Shown here: positions 10,095 to 20,173 of the stretch, one piece after another
Layout of the letters: the number at the start of each line of letters is the position of its first letter
Position numbering within the stretch: position 1 is the stretch's first letter
Assembly: GCA_963676565.1 (NCBI GenBank)
Contig: OY781089.1
Location: 3,200,001-3,264,000 of the forward strand
DNA length: 64,000 nucleotides
Source of the DNA: Halarcobacter sp.
GTDB lineage: Bacteria; Campylobacterota; Campylobacteria; Campylobacterales; Arcobacteraceae
Direction: 5' to 3'
The notes under the pieces: model-generated
Told to the model about the DNA's origin: nothing
Databases searched by the model: none
What the model saw: the letters and a program-made list of their open reading frames with translations, nothing else
Position numbers and translations under genes: made by a program

Positions 10095-10883
10095 ATGATT
10101 AGAGGTTTATACACAGCTGCAACAGGAATGACTGCAAATCAACATAGTATTGATGTAACATCAAACAATATAGCAAATGTTAATACAATGGGGTTCAAAC
10201 AAGATAGAGCAGAATTTCAAGACTTAATGTATGAATCTTTAAACTTCACAGCAGGACAAACTTCAGAAATATCTACAAACCCGACTGGAATGGATGTTGG
10301 ACTTGGTGTAAGAGTTTCTGGTATCCAAAAAAACTTTTTACAAGGTGATTTAAAATTAACCTCAAATACTCTTGATTTAGCTATTGAAGGTAACGGATTT
10401 TTCCAAGTTACTATGCCTGATGGTGAGATTGGTTATACAAGGAATGGTGCTTTTAAGCTTGATGCAGAAGGAAACATAGTAAATGGAAATGGTTACCTTT
10501 TAGAACCTCAAATAACTATTCCTGAAAACTTAACTAATCTTTCAATAGGTAGTGATGGAACAGTTACAGCAGAAGATCCTACTACAGGTGCAGTTACTAA
10601 TCTTGGTCAAATTACTCTTGTAGACTTTATTAATCCTGCAGGATTAACACCAGCAGGTGAATCTTTATTTAGAGTAAGTGAAGCTTCAGGTGAACCTATA
10701 GAAGGAGTAGCAACAGAAGATCAATTTGGTTCAATCAACCAAGGTATGGTTGAGTTATCAAACGTAAAGCTTGTTAATGAAATGGTTGATCTTATTACTG
10801 CACAAAGAGCCTATGAAGCAAACTCAAAAGCAATAACAACTGCTGATAGTATGCTTGATACTGTTAATACATTAAAAAGATAA
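10095..10883 (+). CDS. flgG: Flagellar basal-body rod protein FlgG
   Basis: 262 aa; LYTAATGM, NNIANVNT, EFQDLMY, AQRAYEANSK. Confidence 0.96.
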   Translation: MIRGLYTAATGMTANQHSIDVTSNNIANVNTMGFKQDRAEFQDLMYESLNFTAGQTSEISTNPTGMDVGLGVRVSGIQKNFLQGDLKLTSNTLDLAIEGNGFFQVTMPDGEIGYTRNGAFKLDAEGNIVNGNGYLLEPQITIPENLTNLSIGSDGTVTAEDPTTGAVTNLGQITLVDFINPAGLTPAGESLFRVSEASGEPIEGVATEDQFGSINQGMVELSNVKLVNEMVDLITAQRAYEANSKAITTADSMLDTVNTLKR

Positions 10884-10899
10884 TTTCTAAATTAGCTTC

Positions 10900-11343
10900 A
10901 TGTCACTAAATTTAGAAGAGCTAAAAAAACTTCGAGAAGAAAACTTTAAGAAGCATAAAAACAAAAAAAGAGAGTACTATTTAAAAAGTAAAGAAAAAAG
11001 TACTGATCCTAAATACAAAAATTATAAAGAGATTGATTACGCACAAGAACTTAATAATGAAAACTTTGAAAAAAACATTAAATTAATTGCAAAAAAGCAA
11101 AAAGCTCATATTGATGATAGAAAAGATCAAATTGTTCAAAAAATAGAAGAATATCGGGAAAAGAAACAAACTTATTATCAAAAAAACCGAGAAAAAAGAT
11201 TAGAATATGATAAAGAATATAGAGAGAAGAAAAAAGAGCAATTAAAAGAGTACAGAAGAGAATATTACAAAAGAAATAAAGAAAAAATTTTACAAAAACA
11301 AAAAGAAAAAAGAAAATCACTAAAAGAAGAAAACAATGGCTGA
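10900..11343 (+). CDS. Hypothetical K/E/Y/R-rich helical repeat protein
   Basis: 147-aa ORF 16 nt after flgG and overlapping the next gene by 8 nt; ~15-aa EYY-x-KNKEK-type repeats. Confidence 0.75.
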   Translation: MSLNLEELKKLREENFKKHKNKKREYYLKSKEKSTDPKYKNYKEIDYAQELNNENFEKNIKLIAKKQKAHIDDRKDQIVQKIEEYREKKQTYYQKNREKRLEYDKEYREKKKEQLKEYRREYYKRNKEKILQKQKEKRKSLKEENNG

Positions 11344-12502
11344 AAAAACAGATGAAGAGATTATAGAGGAATTATCACTTGAAGCAAGTAATGATATTTC
11401 AGATGAAGCGGCTTTAGAAGAACTTACAATAAAAGATGACACAATAGACGACACTAATATTACCCCTAAATCTACTAATAAAACAAATGAGAAAGTAGAA
11501 ACAACAAATGAAAATGTAATTGAGAATGAAGATAAAGATGATGCTGAACTATCGTCAAAAAAAGAGGACTTAAATCCTGATGAAATTCCTGTCCAGAAAA
11601 AACAATCTAAACTACAAAAAATACTTATTGGTGTAGTTTCATTTTTAGTTTTAATTCTTATACTTGGTACTATTTTATATTTTACTGGTTTTTTTGATCC
11701 AGAGCCTATAAAAAAAGTTGAACAAGTTGTACAAAAGAAACCAGAACCTCAAATTGTTTTTGATGAAGATGAAATTAATAAAAAATCCCTTAATAAAAAA
11801 CTTACAAGATTAACAAAAACAGAAATAATGAATAAAGAAGAATTAGAAGCAGAAGAACAAAGAATAAAAGAAGAAGAAAGAAAGAAAAAAGAAGAAGAGC
11901 AAAAAGCTATCGAAGAAAAGAAAAAAGAAGAAGAGGCAAAATTAGCAGCACAATTTGCAAAAATAGAAGCAGAGAAACAAGCATTAAAAGAGCAACAAGA
12001 TAAAATAAAACAAGAACAAGAAAACTTCTTAAAACTTCAAGAGGAAGCTACAAAAGAGTTCGAAAAGAAAAAAAATGAATTATTAAGCAGTTTAGAAAAC
12101 AATTCAAACGATACTATGCAAAAGCAAGAGACAACTACTGAAGTAAATCAAAATGAGTCTATAAAAGAAGATCAAAATCAAGAAGAAGATTTATATTCAG
12201 AAGAAGCAATGAATAATCAAAAAATTGAAGAAACTAAAGAGATTAATACATTTTTATCATTTATAAATGTAGCAACAATAGAAGGAGAATTATACAAATC
12301 ATTTCTAGATAAAGTAACAAAAATAGATAATAATGTATCTTTATGTAGAGATAATAAAAATAGAGTTGAGATTTATTTTGGCCCATATTATTCAAATAAT
12401 GAAAGGGAAAAAGTCTTAAATAATTTATTAGAAAATGGTTTTAAATATTCATATTCAGTAGATTTCACTCAAGAAGAGTATAATAAAAGATGTAAGTATT
12501 AG
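11336..12502 (+). CDS. Bitopic membrane protein with charged coiled coil and probable C-terminal SPOR-like domain
   Basis: Acidic N-terminus, one TM helix (ILIGVVSFLVLILILGTILYF), long E/K helix, C-terminal VEIYFGPY...EREKVLNNL...GF pattern. Confidence 0.7.
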   Translation: MAEKTDEEIIEELSLEASNDISDEAALEELTIKDDTIDDTNITPKSTNKTNEKVETTNENVIENEDKDDAELSSKKEDLNPDEIPVQKKQSKLQKILIGVVSFLVLILILGTILYFTGFFDPEPIKKVEQVVQKKPEPQIVFDEDEINKKSLNKKLTRLTKTEIMNKEELEAEEQRIKEEERKKKEEEQKAIEEKKKEEEAKLAAQFAKIEAEKQALKEQQDKIKQEQENFLKLQEEATKEFEKKKNELLSSLENNSNDTMQKQETTTEVNQNESIKEDQNQEEDLYSEEAMNNQKIEETKEINTFLSFINVATIEGELYKSFLDKVTKIDNNVSLCRDNKNRVEIYFGPYYSNNEREKVLNNLLENGFKYSYSVDFTQEEYNKRCKY

Positions 12503-12509
12503 AAACTTT

Positions 12510-13040
12510 TTATGAGTTTTCTAATATTTCAAAAGAGTTTTTAACTTCAATTCTTTTATTATCAACATCCATATTAATAACATAATTTTCAAATTTAAAA
12601 GGTATTAAGAAGTTTTTAGGAAGGTTCTCTTTTACTAATGATTCATCTGTATCAATTTCCATATAATCATCAAGTGGAAACCTATGCATCTCTTTTACAA
12701 TACCTAAAATTTTTCCATCTTCAAAAACTTTACATCCAACAATATCAAACCAGAAAAATTCATTTTCATCAAGTTGACAATTGTTTTTTGTTTCCTCTAC
12801 TGAAGCATAAAGTTCTTGATTAGTTAATTTTTTAGCAATATCCATATCATCATAATTTTCAAATTTTATTAAATCACGTGAAGGAATATATTCTGAAACT
12901 TTTAGAGTTATTTTTTTATTTGTAGTAAAAGTTACACCTTTTTTAAATTGCTCAGGAAAGTCAGAGTCAATAAAAAGTCTTAAATGACCTTTTAAGCCAA
13001 CTGCCTTTCCTAATTTTGCAACATAAATTTTATCAGTCAT
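12510..13040 (-). CDS. rimM: 16S rRNA processing protein RimM
   Basis: VAKLGKAVGLKG, EFFWFDIVGCKV; rpsP operon context. Confidence 0.94.
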   Translation of the reverse strand: MTDKIYVAKLGKAVGLKGHLRLFIDSDFPEQFKKGVTFTTNKKITLKVSEYIPSRDLIKFENYDDMDIAKKLTNQELYASVEETKNNCQLDENEFFWFDIVGCKVFEDGKILGIVKEMHRFPLDDYMEIDTDESLVKENLPKNFLIPFKFENYVINMDVDNKRIEVKNSFEILENS

Positions 13041-13050
13041 AACTTGTTAA

Positions 13051-13293
13051 TTAAGAGTTTGCAAGAACTTGTATTTTATAAGATACACCATCTTTAGCTT
13101 TACAACCATTAGCCATAGTTTTTAAAGCATTAATCATATTTCCATTTTTGCCAATTAGCTTTCCAATATCTGAAGAATCTGCTTTTATTGTAATTTCAGT
13201 AAAAGTATCATCAACTTTTTTTGTACTAATAGTAATATCATTAGGTTTACTAACAATAAGTTTTGCGTAGTTCTCTATAAAATTTGTAATCAT
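13051..13293 (-). CDS. khpA: KH-domain RNA-binding protein KhpA
   Basis: DIGKLIGKNG GxxG loop; located between rpsP and rimM. Confidence 0.9.
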   Translation of the reverse strand: MITNFIENYAKLIVSKPNDITISTKKVDDTFTEITIKADSSDIGKLIGKNGNMINALKTMANGCKAKDGVSYKIQVLANS

Positions 13294-13312
13294 GTTATAT
13301 TGTATAATAAAA

Positions 13313-13543
13313 TTACTTTTGAGATGCTAATTTTTTAACTTTTTCAGATGGTTTAGCACCAACACCTAACCAATAGTTATATCTCTCTTCATCAATTTTT
13401 AATACTTTTGGTTCAGAAACTGGGTTATAGTATCCAATTGATTCAATCCAACCTGAATCTCTTCTTTTTCTTGAGTCTGTTACAACGATTCTATAAAATG
13501 GTTTTTTGTTTCTTCCCATTCTTGTTAATCTAATTACTGTCAT
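13313..13543 (-). CDS. rpsP: 30S ribosomal protein S16
   Basis: [21 protein letters not shown]. Confidence 0.98.
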   Translation of the reverse strand: MTVIRLTRMGRNKKPFYRIVVTDSRKRRDSGWIESIGYYNPVSEPKVLKIDEERYNYWLGVGAKPSEKVKKLASQK

Positions 13544-13569
13544 ATTTTCTTTCCTTGTTAATTTATATT

Positions 13570-13631
13570 TTAGTATTGAATTCTAAACTCTATCCTTTAT
13601 AAAAATAAAAGAGTTTACAACTCAATACTAA
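13570..13631 (-). other. 22-bp intergenic RNA hairpin between ffh and rpsP
   Basis: Arms 13570-13591 and 13610-13631 pair with one G-U and one mismatch on the minus strand. Confidence 0.65.
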
Positions 13632-13642
13632 TTAAGTTTTAC

Positions 13643-15004
13643 CTATCTTGGTAAATTAAGTCCCCCTGGACCACCTTGACCTTGCATTTGATTAAGCATG
13701 TTTTGCATACCTTTCATTCCACCTTTAGTTGAAAGTTTTTTAGCCATTTTAGAAGCATTTTTAAACTGCTTAAGTATTTTATTAATTTGAACCTCTGAAA
13801 GCCCAGAACCTTTAGCAATTCTTTTCTTTCTACTTGGATTCATTAAGTTTGGAGTTTCTCTTTCTTTTGGCGTCATAGAACTAATTAAAGCTTTGATATT
13901 TTTAATCTCATCTGAGTTTTCTAAGTCCATATCTTTTAGTTGACTTGACATACCCGAAAGGCCAGGAATCATTCCAATAATAGATTTCATAGAACCTAAT
14001 TTGCTCATCATTGATAATTGATCTAAAAAGTCATTAAAGTTAAATTCACCCTTTTTAATCTTTTTAGTTACAGCTTTTGCTTTTTTCTCATCAATTACTG
14101 CAGAAGTTTTTTCTGCAAGACCTTCAATATCCCCTGCACCCATAAGTCTAGAAACAATTCTATCAGGAATAAATACTTCAAGGTCTGGCATCTTTTCACC
14201 AATACCAATAAATCTTAATGGAACTCCAACTTGATGAGCAATTGAAATAGCAACCCCACCTTTTGTATCACCATCATATTTAGATAAAATTACTCCATCA
14301 ATACCAATTTTTTCTTTAAAGGTTGTTGCAGTTTTAGTCGCATCATGACCTGTTAAAGAATCAGCAACATAAAAAATTTCATCTGGTTTCACTTCGTTTC
14401 TAACATTTTCTAATTGAAGCATTAATTCATCATCAATAGCAAGTCGTCCAGCTGTATCTATTAAAAGAACATCATACAATTCTTTAGTAGCTTTTTCTTT
14501 TGCAGCAAGGGCAATTTTTACAGGATCTTTTTCTTCATCATCATAATAAATATCAACTTCTATTTGAGCAGCAATTTGTTTTAACTGTTCAACAGCAGCT
14601 AATCTTTGTAAATCGGCAGCTGCAACTAAAACTTTTTTCTTTCTAAGTTTTAAATAGTTTGCTAGTTTACCAGTTGTTGTTGTTTTACCAGAACCTTGAA
14701 GTCCTGTCATTAAAATAGTTGTTGGAGGAGTACTTGAGAAAACAAAACCTTGATTTCCTTCAGTAGTTAATACATTTGTTAATTCATTTCTTAATGCTTT
14801 TAGGAATGAGTCTTGTCCTATTCCTAATCTTTTTGTTTCTAATTCAATTGCAGTTACTAATTCTTTTGTAGTTTTATGATGAACATCAGCTTTTAAAAGT
14901 GATTTTTTTAATTCTGTTATTGCTTTTTTTAATGAGGCAATATCATCTTTATGTCTAATTTTATTTACTGCATTTTTTATCGAACCGGTTATTGAATCAA
15001 ACAA
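13643..15004 (-). CDS. ffh: Signal recognition particle protein Ffh
   Basis: GLQGSGKTT, DTAGR and M domain. Start reassigned to TTG 15004 (GGAG SD 6 nt upstream). Confidence 0.97.
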   Translation of the reverse strand: MFDSITGSIKNAVNKIRHKDDIASLKKAITELKKSLLKADVHHKTTKELVTAIELETKRLGIGQDSFLKALRNELTNVLTTEGNQGFVFSSTPPTTILMTGLQGSGKTTTTGKLANYLKLRKKKVLVAAADLQRLAAVEQLKQIAAQIEVDIYYDDEEKDPVKIALAAKEKATKELYDVLLIDTAGRLAIDDELMLQLENVRNEVKPDEIFYVADSLTGHDATKTATTFKEKIGIDGVILSKYDGDTKGGVAISIAHQVGVPLRFIGIGEKMPDLEVFIPDRIVSRLMGAGDIEGLAEKTSAVIDEKKAKAVTKKIKKGEFNFNDFLDQLSMMSKLGSMKSIIGMIPGLSGMSSQLKDMDLENSDEIKNIKALISSMTPKERETPNLMNPSRKKRIAKGSGLSEVQINKILKQFKNASKMAKKLSTKGGMKGMQNMLNQMQGQGGPGGLNLPR

Positions 15005-15106
15005 AATTAACTCCACTATTTTTAAATTTTGTGGATAATACTCTTTTTTTTCTTTAAGTAAGTTTAAATAGGTAGTGATTTAAGTTAAATTTAATTTATG
15101 TGTATT

Positions 15107-15135
15107 TTAGAAATCCCATTTAATGGGACTTCTAA
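15107..15135. terminator. Stem-loop downstream of the pseudouridine synthase gene
   Basis: ttagaaatcccat-tta-atgggacttctaa inverted repeat. Confidence 0.6.
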
Positions 15136-15154
15136 TTTTTATGAAGCTTAAAAA

Positions 15155-15904
15155 TCAATTAAAGTCATACACTTTAAACTCTCTTGGTTCCTTTGCTTCA
15201 AAATCATAATCAAATATTTTAGTTCTTTTTGAGTGTAAAAGAACTCTATTTATATTTGCAGCTGCTTTACCATAAATAGTATCTCCAATAATTGGAAGTC
15301 CTGCATAATTTAGATGAACTCTAATTTGATGAGTTCTTCCTGTGTCAATCACAACTTTTACTTTTGATTTATTACCTTCAACTAGCATTGGATAAACAAT
15401 TGATTTAGCAGGTTTTCCTTTTTTGTCAACTTTAGACTTTGCTTGTCCTCTATCTTTTGTAGTTAAAATTGGTTTATCAATTTCTATCTCTTCAATAACT
15501 TTTCCGTCAACAATAGCAACATATTCTTTATAAACATTATTTGCTTTAAACTCTTTGATTGCTTTTTTCTGGAACTCTTCATTTTTGGCAAAAAGCATTA
15601 CTCCACTTGTTTCTTTATCAAGTCTATTTAACATAATAAAGTCAGGAAATTTACGTGCAACTTCATCACTTGTCATAAAACAAGGTTTGTCTAAAGCTAA
15701 TATATCATCATCTTGAAATATCACTTTAATGGGAGCTAACTCTTTTACTGAAAACTTCATATCAGTTGGTACGTCAGCTCTAGCAATAACAACTTTTCTT
15801 CCCATTGCTCTTACTAAACCTTTATCAATTAACTCTTTTGCCTTTGAATTTGAGATTCCCTCTTGCTTTGCTAATACTTTGTATGCCTTGTCGTATTCAG
15901 CCAT
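15155..15904 (-). CDS. RluA-family RNA pseudouridine synthase with S4-like N-terminus
   Basis: NRLDKETSG, TGRTHQIRVH and PIIGD motifs. Confidence 0.93.
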   Translation of the reverse strand: MAEYDKAYKVLAKQEGISNSKAKELIDKGLVRAMGRKVVIARADVPTDMKFSVKELAPIKVIFQDDDILALDKPCFMTSDEVARKFPDFIMLNRLDKETSGVMLFAKNEEFQKKAIKEFKANNVYKEYVAIVDGKVIEEIEIDKPILTTKDRGQAKSKVDKKGKPAKSIVYPMLVEGNKSKVKVVIDTGRTHQIRVHLNYAGLPIIGDTIYGKAAANINRVLLHSKRTKIFDYDFEAKEPREFKVYDFN

Positions 15905-17050
15905 TTATATTCCTTTTAATTCTTCTAGAATAGGTTTTATATCACCTGTTTGTTTTAAAGAAGATTTTTCTAAATTTTCTAAATCTTCTAATGTTTCTTT
16001 TAATTCATCATTTTCTATTATTTTATAGTTTTCAACACACTCAAATAAAGAGTGTTGATTAAAAATATTTTTTCCACTAATTAGTTTACAACCAAAATAT
16101 GCAGGTTCTACTGGATTATGTCCACCAATATTTTCAAAGGCTCCACCAAGAATAACAACATCTGAAATTGAATATATGTTATTCAACTCACCTAAAGTAT
16201 CAACTAATGTAATATCACAATCAAAACTGTTGTTTTTACTAAACCTATTATACGATAAATTTTTATTTTTAAGATACTCTTTTATAAGTTTATCAACTTT
16301 TTCAAATCTTTCTGGATGTCTTGGGACAATAACTAGTTTGCCAAATTCTCTTTTATAAGAATCTAATATTAACTTCTCTTCATTTTCATGGGTACTTCCA
16401 GCAGTGATTAGAATTTCATTTGGTTTTTTATACTCTTTTGTAACCTTTGGAAGAAGTGCTAATTTTATATTTCCTATAACTTGAATATTTTTTGCACCAA
16501 GTTCCTCTAAACGTTTTTTATCGATAGTTGTTTGTGCAAAAACCTTATCCACATTTTCAAATATCCTTTTGTAAAAAAAAGAAAATCTTTTATATGAAGC
16601 GTAGGATTTATCAGAAATCCTTGCATTTATTAAAAAAGTTTTTGCCCCTTTCTTTTTTGCAAATAAAAAAAGTAAATACCAAAGTTCTGCTTCCATAACA
16701 ACTAAAGCTTTTTGCTTATTTATCCAGAAAGGAAGAAAAATTTCAAAGGGTAAGTACCTTACATTCTTTGTTAATTTTTTAGCCTCTTGGAAACCTGTAT
16801 TTGTAATAACTGAAAGATTTACTGTACTAGTAAGATTTTCAACTAATGGTTTTATTGCTTTGGTTTCACCCATTGAACAAGTGTGAAACCAAATTCCCTC
16901 TTTTTCAAATGAAGGATTATCCCTAAAAAAGAATTTTGAAGGGATTGATACTTTATACTTATCTTTTCTTGATTTAAATAATAAAAAAGGGATTGCTAAT
17001 ATATAAACTAATATTAATAATAGATAGTAGATATAAGAAAAGAGGCTCAA
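15905..17050 (-). CDS. waaA: Kdo transferase WaaA
   Basis: IWFHTCSMGE, EAELW, NARIS, VPRHPERF, GGHNPVEP. Confidence 0.95.
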   Translation of the reverse strand: MSLFSYIYYLLLILVYILAIPFLLFKSRKDKYKVSIPSKFFFRDNPSFEKEGIWFHTCSMGETKAIKPLVENLTSTVNLSVITNTGFQEAKKLTKNVRYLPFEIFLPFWINKQKALVVMEAELWYLLFLFAKKKGAKTFLINARISDKSYASYKRFSFFYKRIFENVDKVFAQTTIDKKRLEELGAKNIQVIGNIKLALLPKVTKEYKKPNEILITAGSTHENEEKLILDSYKREFGKLVIVPRHPERFEKVDKLIKEYLKNKNLSYNRFSKNNSFDCDITLVDTLGELNNIYSISDVVILGGAFENIGGHNPVEPAYFGCKLISGKNIFNQHSLFECVENYKIIENDELKETLEDLENLEKSSLKQTGDIKPILEELKGI

Positions 17051-17052
17051 TA

Positions 17053-17772
17053 TTAAGCCTCTTCAGTTTCTTCTTCTTTGTATAGAATTCTTCCACAATG
17101 AGGACAGTTGATAATCTCTTCTGATTTAATTACCTCAGAATAAGTCTTATCATTAATTTTCATAAAACATCCATAACAAGCTTGGTCTTTTACAGGAACT
17201 ACTGCTGTATCTTTAGCCCATCTTCTAATTTTCTCATAGAAAGTTAAAATTTTCTTATCAAATTTTTCTAATAATTGACCTCTTTCTTGAGATACAGTAT
17301 TTCTTTCTTGGTTAATCTCTTCAATAGCATTATCAACTGCAATTTGAATCTCTTTAATTGATTCTTCCTCTTCAGTTAATTTCTCTTGAAGTTCTTTTAA
17401 CTCTTCCTCTTTTGCAGCAGCAATCTCATCTAATCTAATAATCTCTTCATTTGCAAATGAAACTTGCTCTTTAGCAATCTCTTCTTCAAGTTGTAAAGCT
17501 TTTAATTCTTTTTCATTTGATACTTCATTATTCTTTTTAGAAATATCTTCTAACTTAGTTTTTAATTCTGCTAAGTGAATATTGTTTTTAGTTCTTTTTG
17601 ATTTTACATCATCAATTTGTGCATATGTATCATTTATTTGTGATTTAATAGACTCTGCTACTTCAACAAATGTAGATAATTTTGCTTTCTCATTCTCTAT
17701 CTTTGGCTCAAACATACTAATAGCAATGTCATATTTTGATAGTTTTACCAAATCTTCTAGATATTTATTCAA
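17053..17772 (-). CDS. Coiled-coil protein with C4 zinc ribbon (DUF164 family, HP0958-like)
   Basis: Long coiled coil followed by CYGC...CPHCGRILY. Confidence 0.88.
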   Translation of the reverse strand: MNKYLEDLVKLSKYDIAISMFEPKIENEKAKLSTFVEVAESIKSQINDTYAQIDDVKSKRTKNNIHLAELKTKLEDISKKNNEVSNEKELKALQLEEEIAKEQVSFANEEIIRLDEIAAAKEEELKELQEKLTEEEESIKEIQIAVDNAIEEINQERNTVSQERGQLLEKFDKKILTFYEKIRRWAKDTAVVPVKDQACYGCFMKINDKTYSEVIKSEEIINCPHCGRILYKEEETEEA

Positions 17773-18520
17773 CCGTTTCTCCTTGTGTACAAAACTTAAA
17801 TGGATTTTTCGAACCTGTTATTATAGCTTGTAATTTATTTTTTTTCAAATAGTCTTCAATTAATCCCATCATTAAGGGACTAAAATGTCTTTCACTTTCA
17901 TAGTGTCTTATATCAATTAATGATATACCTCTTGCCTTCGCTTCCATAGCGTCATGATATTTAATATCTCCAGTTAGAAAACAATCTGCATCAACAGAAG
18001 ATATTAAAGACATACCAGCACCTGTTATAAGTGCAACTTTTTCAACTTTTTCATTACATTTTACATATTTGATATACTCTAAACCTAATCTTTTAGAAAC
18101 ATCATTGGCGAAACTTGAAAAAGTATCATTTACCTTTGCATAACAAATATAACCCTCACTATCAATTACATCAAGACCTAAAATCTCACTTGCAACATAT
18201 TTATTTAAATGAGTAGTGTCTATATTTGTGTGCATCGATATAAGTGCAATATTTTTTTGAATCAAAATTTTTAGTAATTTAGTACTATAAGAATCATAAT
18301 TTACTTTTTTTAAAGGTGAAAAGATTAATGGATGATGAGTAATTACTAAAGAGTTTTCATCCATCTGATTTAGATTCTCTTCATCTAAATCAATTGAAAT
18401 ATAAACCTTTGATATCTCATCTTCTAAACTTCCAACCAATAATCCTGAATTATCCCACTTTTCTTGTAACTCAAAGGGAGATAATTCATCTAAAAAATTA
18501 TAAATCTCTTTTAGTTTCAA
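17765..18520 (-). CDS. Nif3-like dinuclear metal centre protein
   Basis: WDNSGL, THHPLIF, HTNID, TGDIKYH, HYESE. Start reassigned to TTG 18520. Confidence 0.92.
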   Translation of the reverse strand: MKLKEIYNFLDELSPFELQEKWDNSGLLVGSLEDEISKVYISIDLDEENLNQMDENSLVITHHPLIFSPLKKVNYDSYSTKLLKILIQKNIALISMHTNIDTTHLNKYVASEILGLDVIDSEGYICYAKVNDTFSSFANDVSKRLGLEYIKYVKCNEKVEKVALITGAGMSLISSVDADCFLTGDIKYHDAMEAKARGISLIDIRHYESERHFSPLMMGLIEDYLKKNKLQAIITGSKNPFKFCTQGETVE

Positions 18521-18521
18521 A

Positions 18522-19406
18522 CTATTTTCTTCCAATTCTTTTTAATCTATCTTCTTCTTGTTCTTTGTATAAAACTGCACACCCTTGAGCTAATTCTCGC
18601 ACTTTTAAAATATAGTTTTGTCTTTCAGTAACTGAAATAGCTTTTCTAGCATCAAGTGTATTAAATGCATGTGAAGCAATCATACATTGGTCATATGCAG
18701 GAAGAGGTAAACCTTTTTCTAAACAAACTTTACATTCATTAAAGGCATCATCAAAATGTCTAAATAGCATCTCAGTATTAGCTACTTCGAAGTTATATGT
18801 TGAGAACTCATACTCACTCTCTTTGTGAACATCTGCATAAGTAGTAATTCCATGGTCGTTTTTATTCCAAACTATATCAAATACAGAATCTACACCTTGT
18901 AAATACATTGCTAGTCTTTCAGTTCCATATGTAATCTCAACTGCAACAGGATCACAAGGAAGACCACCAACTTGTTGGAAATAAGTAAATTGAGTTACTT
19001 CCATACCATCAAGCCAAACTTCCCATCCTAATCCCCAAGCACCAAGTGTTGGAGATTCCCAGTTGTCTTCAACAAATCTAATATCATGTTTTGAAAGATC
19101 TAATCCTAAAAACTCTAAAGATTGTAAATATAAATCTTGGATATTGTCTGGACTTGGTTTAATTAAAGTTTGAAATTGATAATAAGCCCCTAGTCTGTTT
19201 GGGTTTTCACCATATCTACCATCAGTTGGTCTTCTACTTGGTGCTACATAAGCAGTTGACCAAGGAGTTGAATCTAAACTTCTTAAAATAGTTGCAGGGT
19301 GAAAAGTCCCAGCTCCAGCTGGAATATCGTAAGGTTGAACAATATTACACCCTTGACTTGCCCAAAATTGTTGTAATTTTAATAGAATTTCTGAAAAAGT
19401 AACCAT
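18522..19406 (-). CDS. glyQ: Glycine--tRNA ligase alpha subunit
   Basis: [32 protein letters not shown]. Confidence 0.98.
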   Translation of the reverse strand: MVTFSEILLKLQQFWASQGCNIVQPYDIPAGAGTFHPATILRSLDSTPWSTAYVAPSRRPTDGRYGENPNRLGAYYQFQTLIKPSPDNIQDLYLQSLEFLGLDLSKHDIRFVEDNWESPTLGAWGLGWEVWLDGMEVTQFTYFQQVGGLPCDPVAVEITYGTERLAMYLQGVDSVFDIVWNKNDHGITTYADVHKESEYEFSTYNFEVANTEMLFRHFDDAFNECKVCLEKGLPLPAYDQCMIASHAFNTLDARKAISVTERQNYILKVRELAQGCAVLYKEQEEDRLKRIGRK

Positions 19407-19640
19407 CTATTTAATCCCTAATGCTTTATTTATTTTATTTTTATCAAAACCACAAATCCATGTATTTTCTATCAAAACAACAGGTGCTCCACTGCAACCA
19501 TGTTTTTTACAATCATTTAAAGCTTTTTTGTTTGTGGAAAGATCAATTAAATTGTATCTGATCTTTTTTGCCTTGAAATAAGCCTTTGCCTCATTGCACC
19601 ATTTACATTTTGGTAAAGTAAAAAGTGCAACTTGCTTCAT
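19407..19640 (-). CDS. Glutaredoxin-like (NrdH/YruB-type) protein
   Basis: CKWC active site, GAPV cis-Pro, GFD motif. Confidence 0.85.
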   Translation of the reverse strand: MKQVALFTLPKCKWCNEAKAYFKAKKIRYNLIDLSTNKKALNDCKKHGCSGAPVVLIENTWICGFDKNKINKALGIK

Positions 19641-20134
19641 TAAAGAATTACTTCAATTGTAGCTGAGTCACTCTCAACTTTTTTAGCTTGAACAATTCTG
19701 TCCTCTTTTAGTTTTACTGCTAATTCTTTATCACTTATTGATAAAATTTGCATTGCAAAGTATGCAGCGTTAACTGCACCACTTCTTCCAAGGGCAACAG
19801 TACCAACAGGCATCCCAGCAGGCATTTGAACAGTTGAAAGCATAGCATCCATACCATCCATAGCTCCACCTTTCATTGGAACACCAATTACAGGTTTAGT
19901 TGTAGTCGCAGCTATAGCACCAGCCAAGTGAGCAGCCATACCAGCAGCAGCTATAAATGCAACAGCACCTTTTTCTTCTGCTTCCTTAATATAGTTTTTT
20001 GTTCTTTCTGGGCTTCTATGAGCTGAAGAGATAATAATTTCATATTTTACATCAAACTTTTCTAAAGTATCAGCACAGTGTTTCATAATTTCATAATCAG
20101 ATTTACTACCCATTATGATAGATACAAAATTCAT
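19640..20134 (-). CDS. purE: N5-CAIR mutase PurE
   Basis: MGSKSD, SAHRSP, AGMAAHL, VQMPAG. Confidence 0.97.
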   Translation of the reverse strand: MNFVSIIMGSKSDYEIMKHCADTLEKFDVKYEIIISSAHRSPERTKNYIKEAEEKGAVAFIAAAGMAAHLAGAIAATTTKPVIGVPMKGGAMDGMDAMLSTVQMPAGMPVGTVALGRSGAVNAAYFAMQILSISDKELAVKLKEDRIVQAKKVESDSATIEVIL

Positions 20135-20173
20135 TGATTTTCCTTAAATATTCTTAAAATGGGTAATATTATA

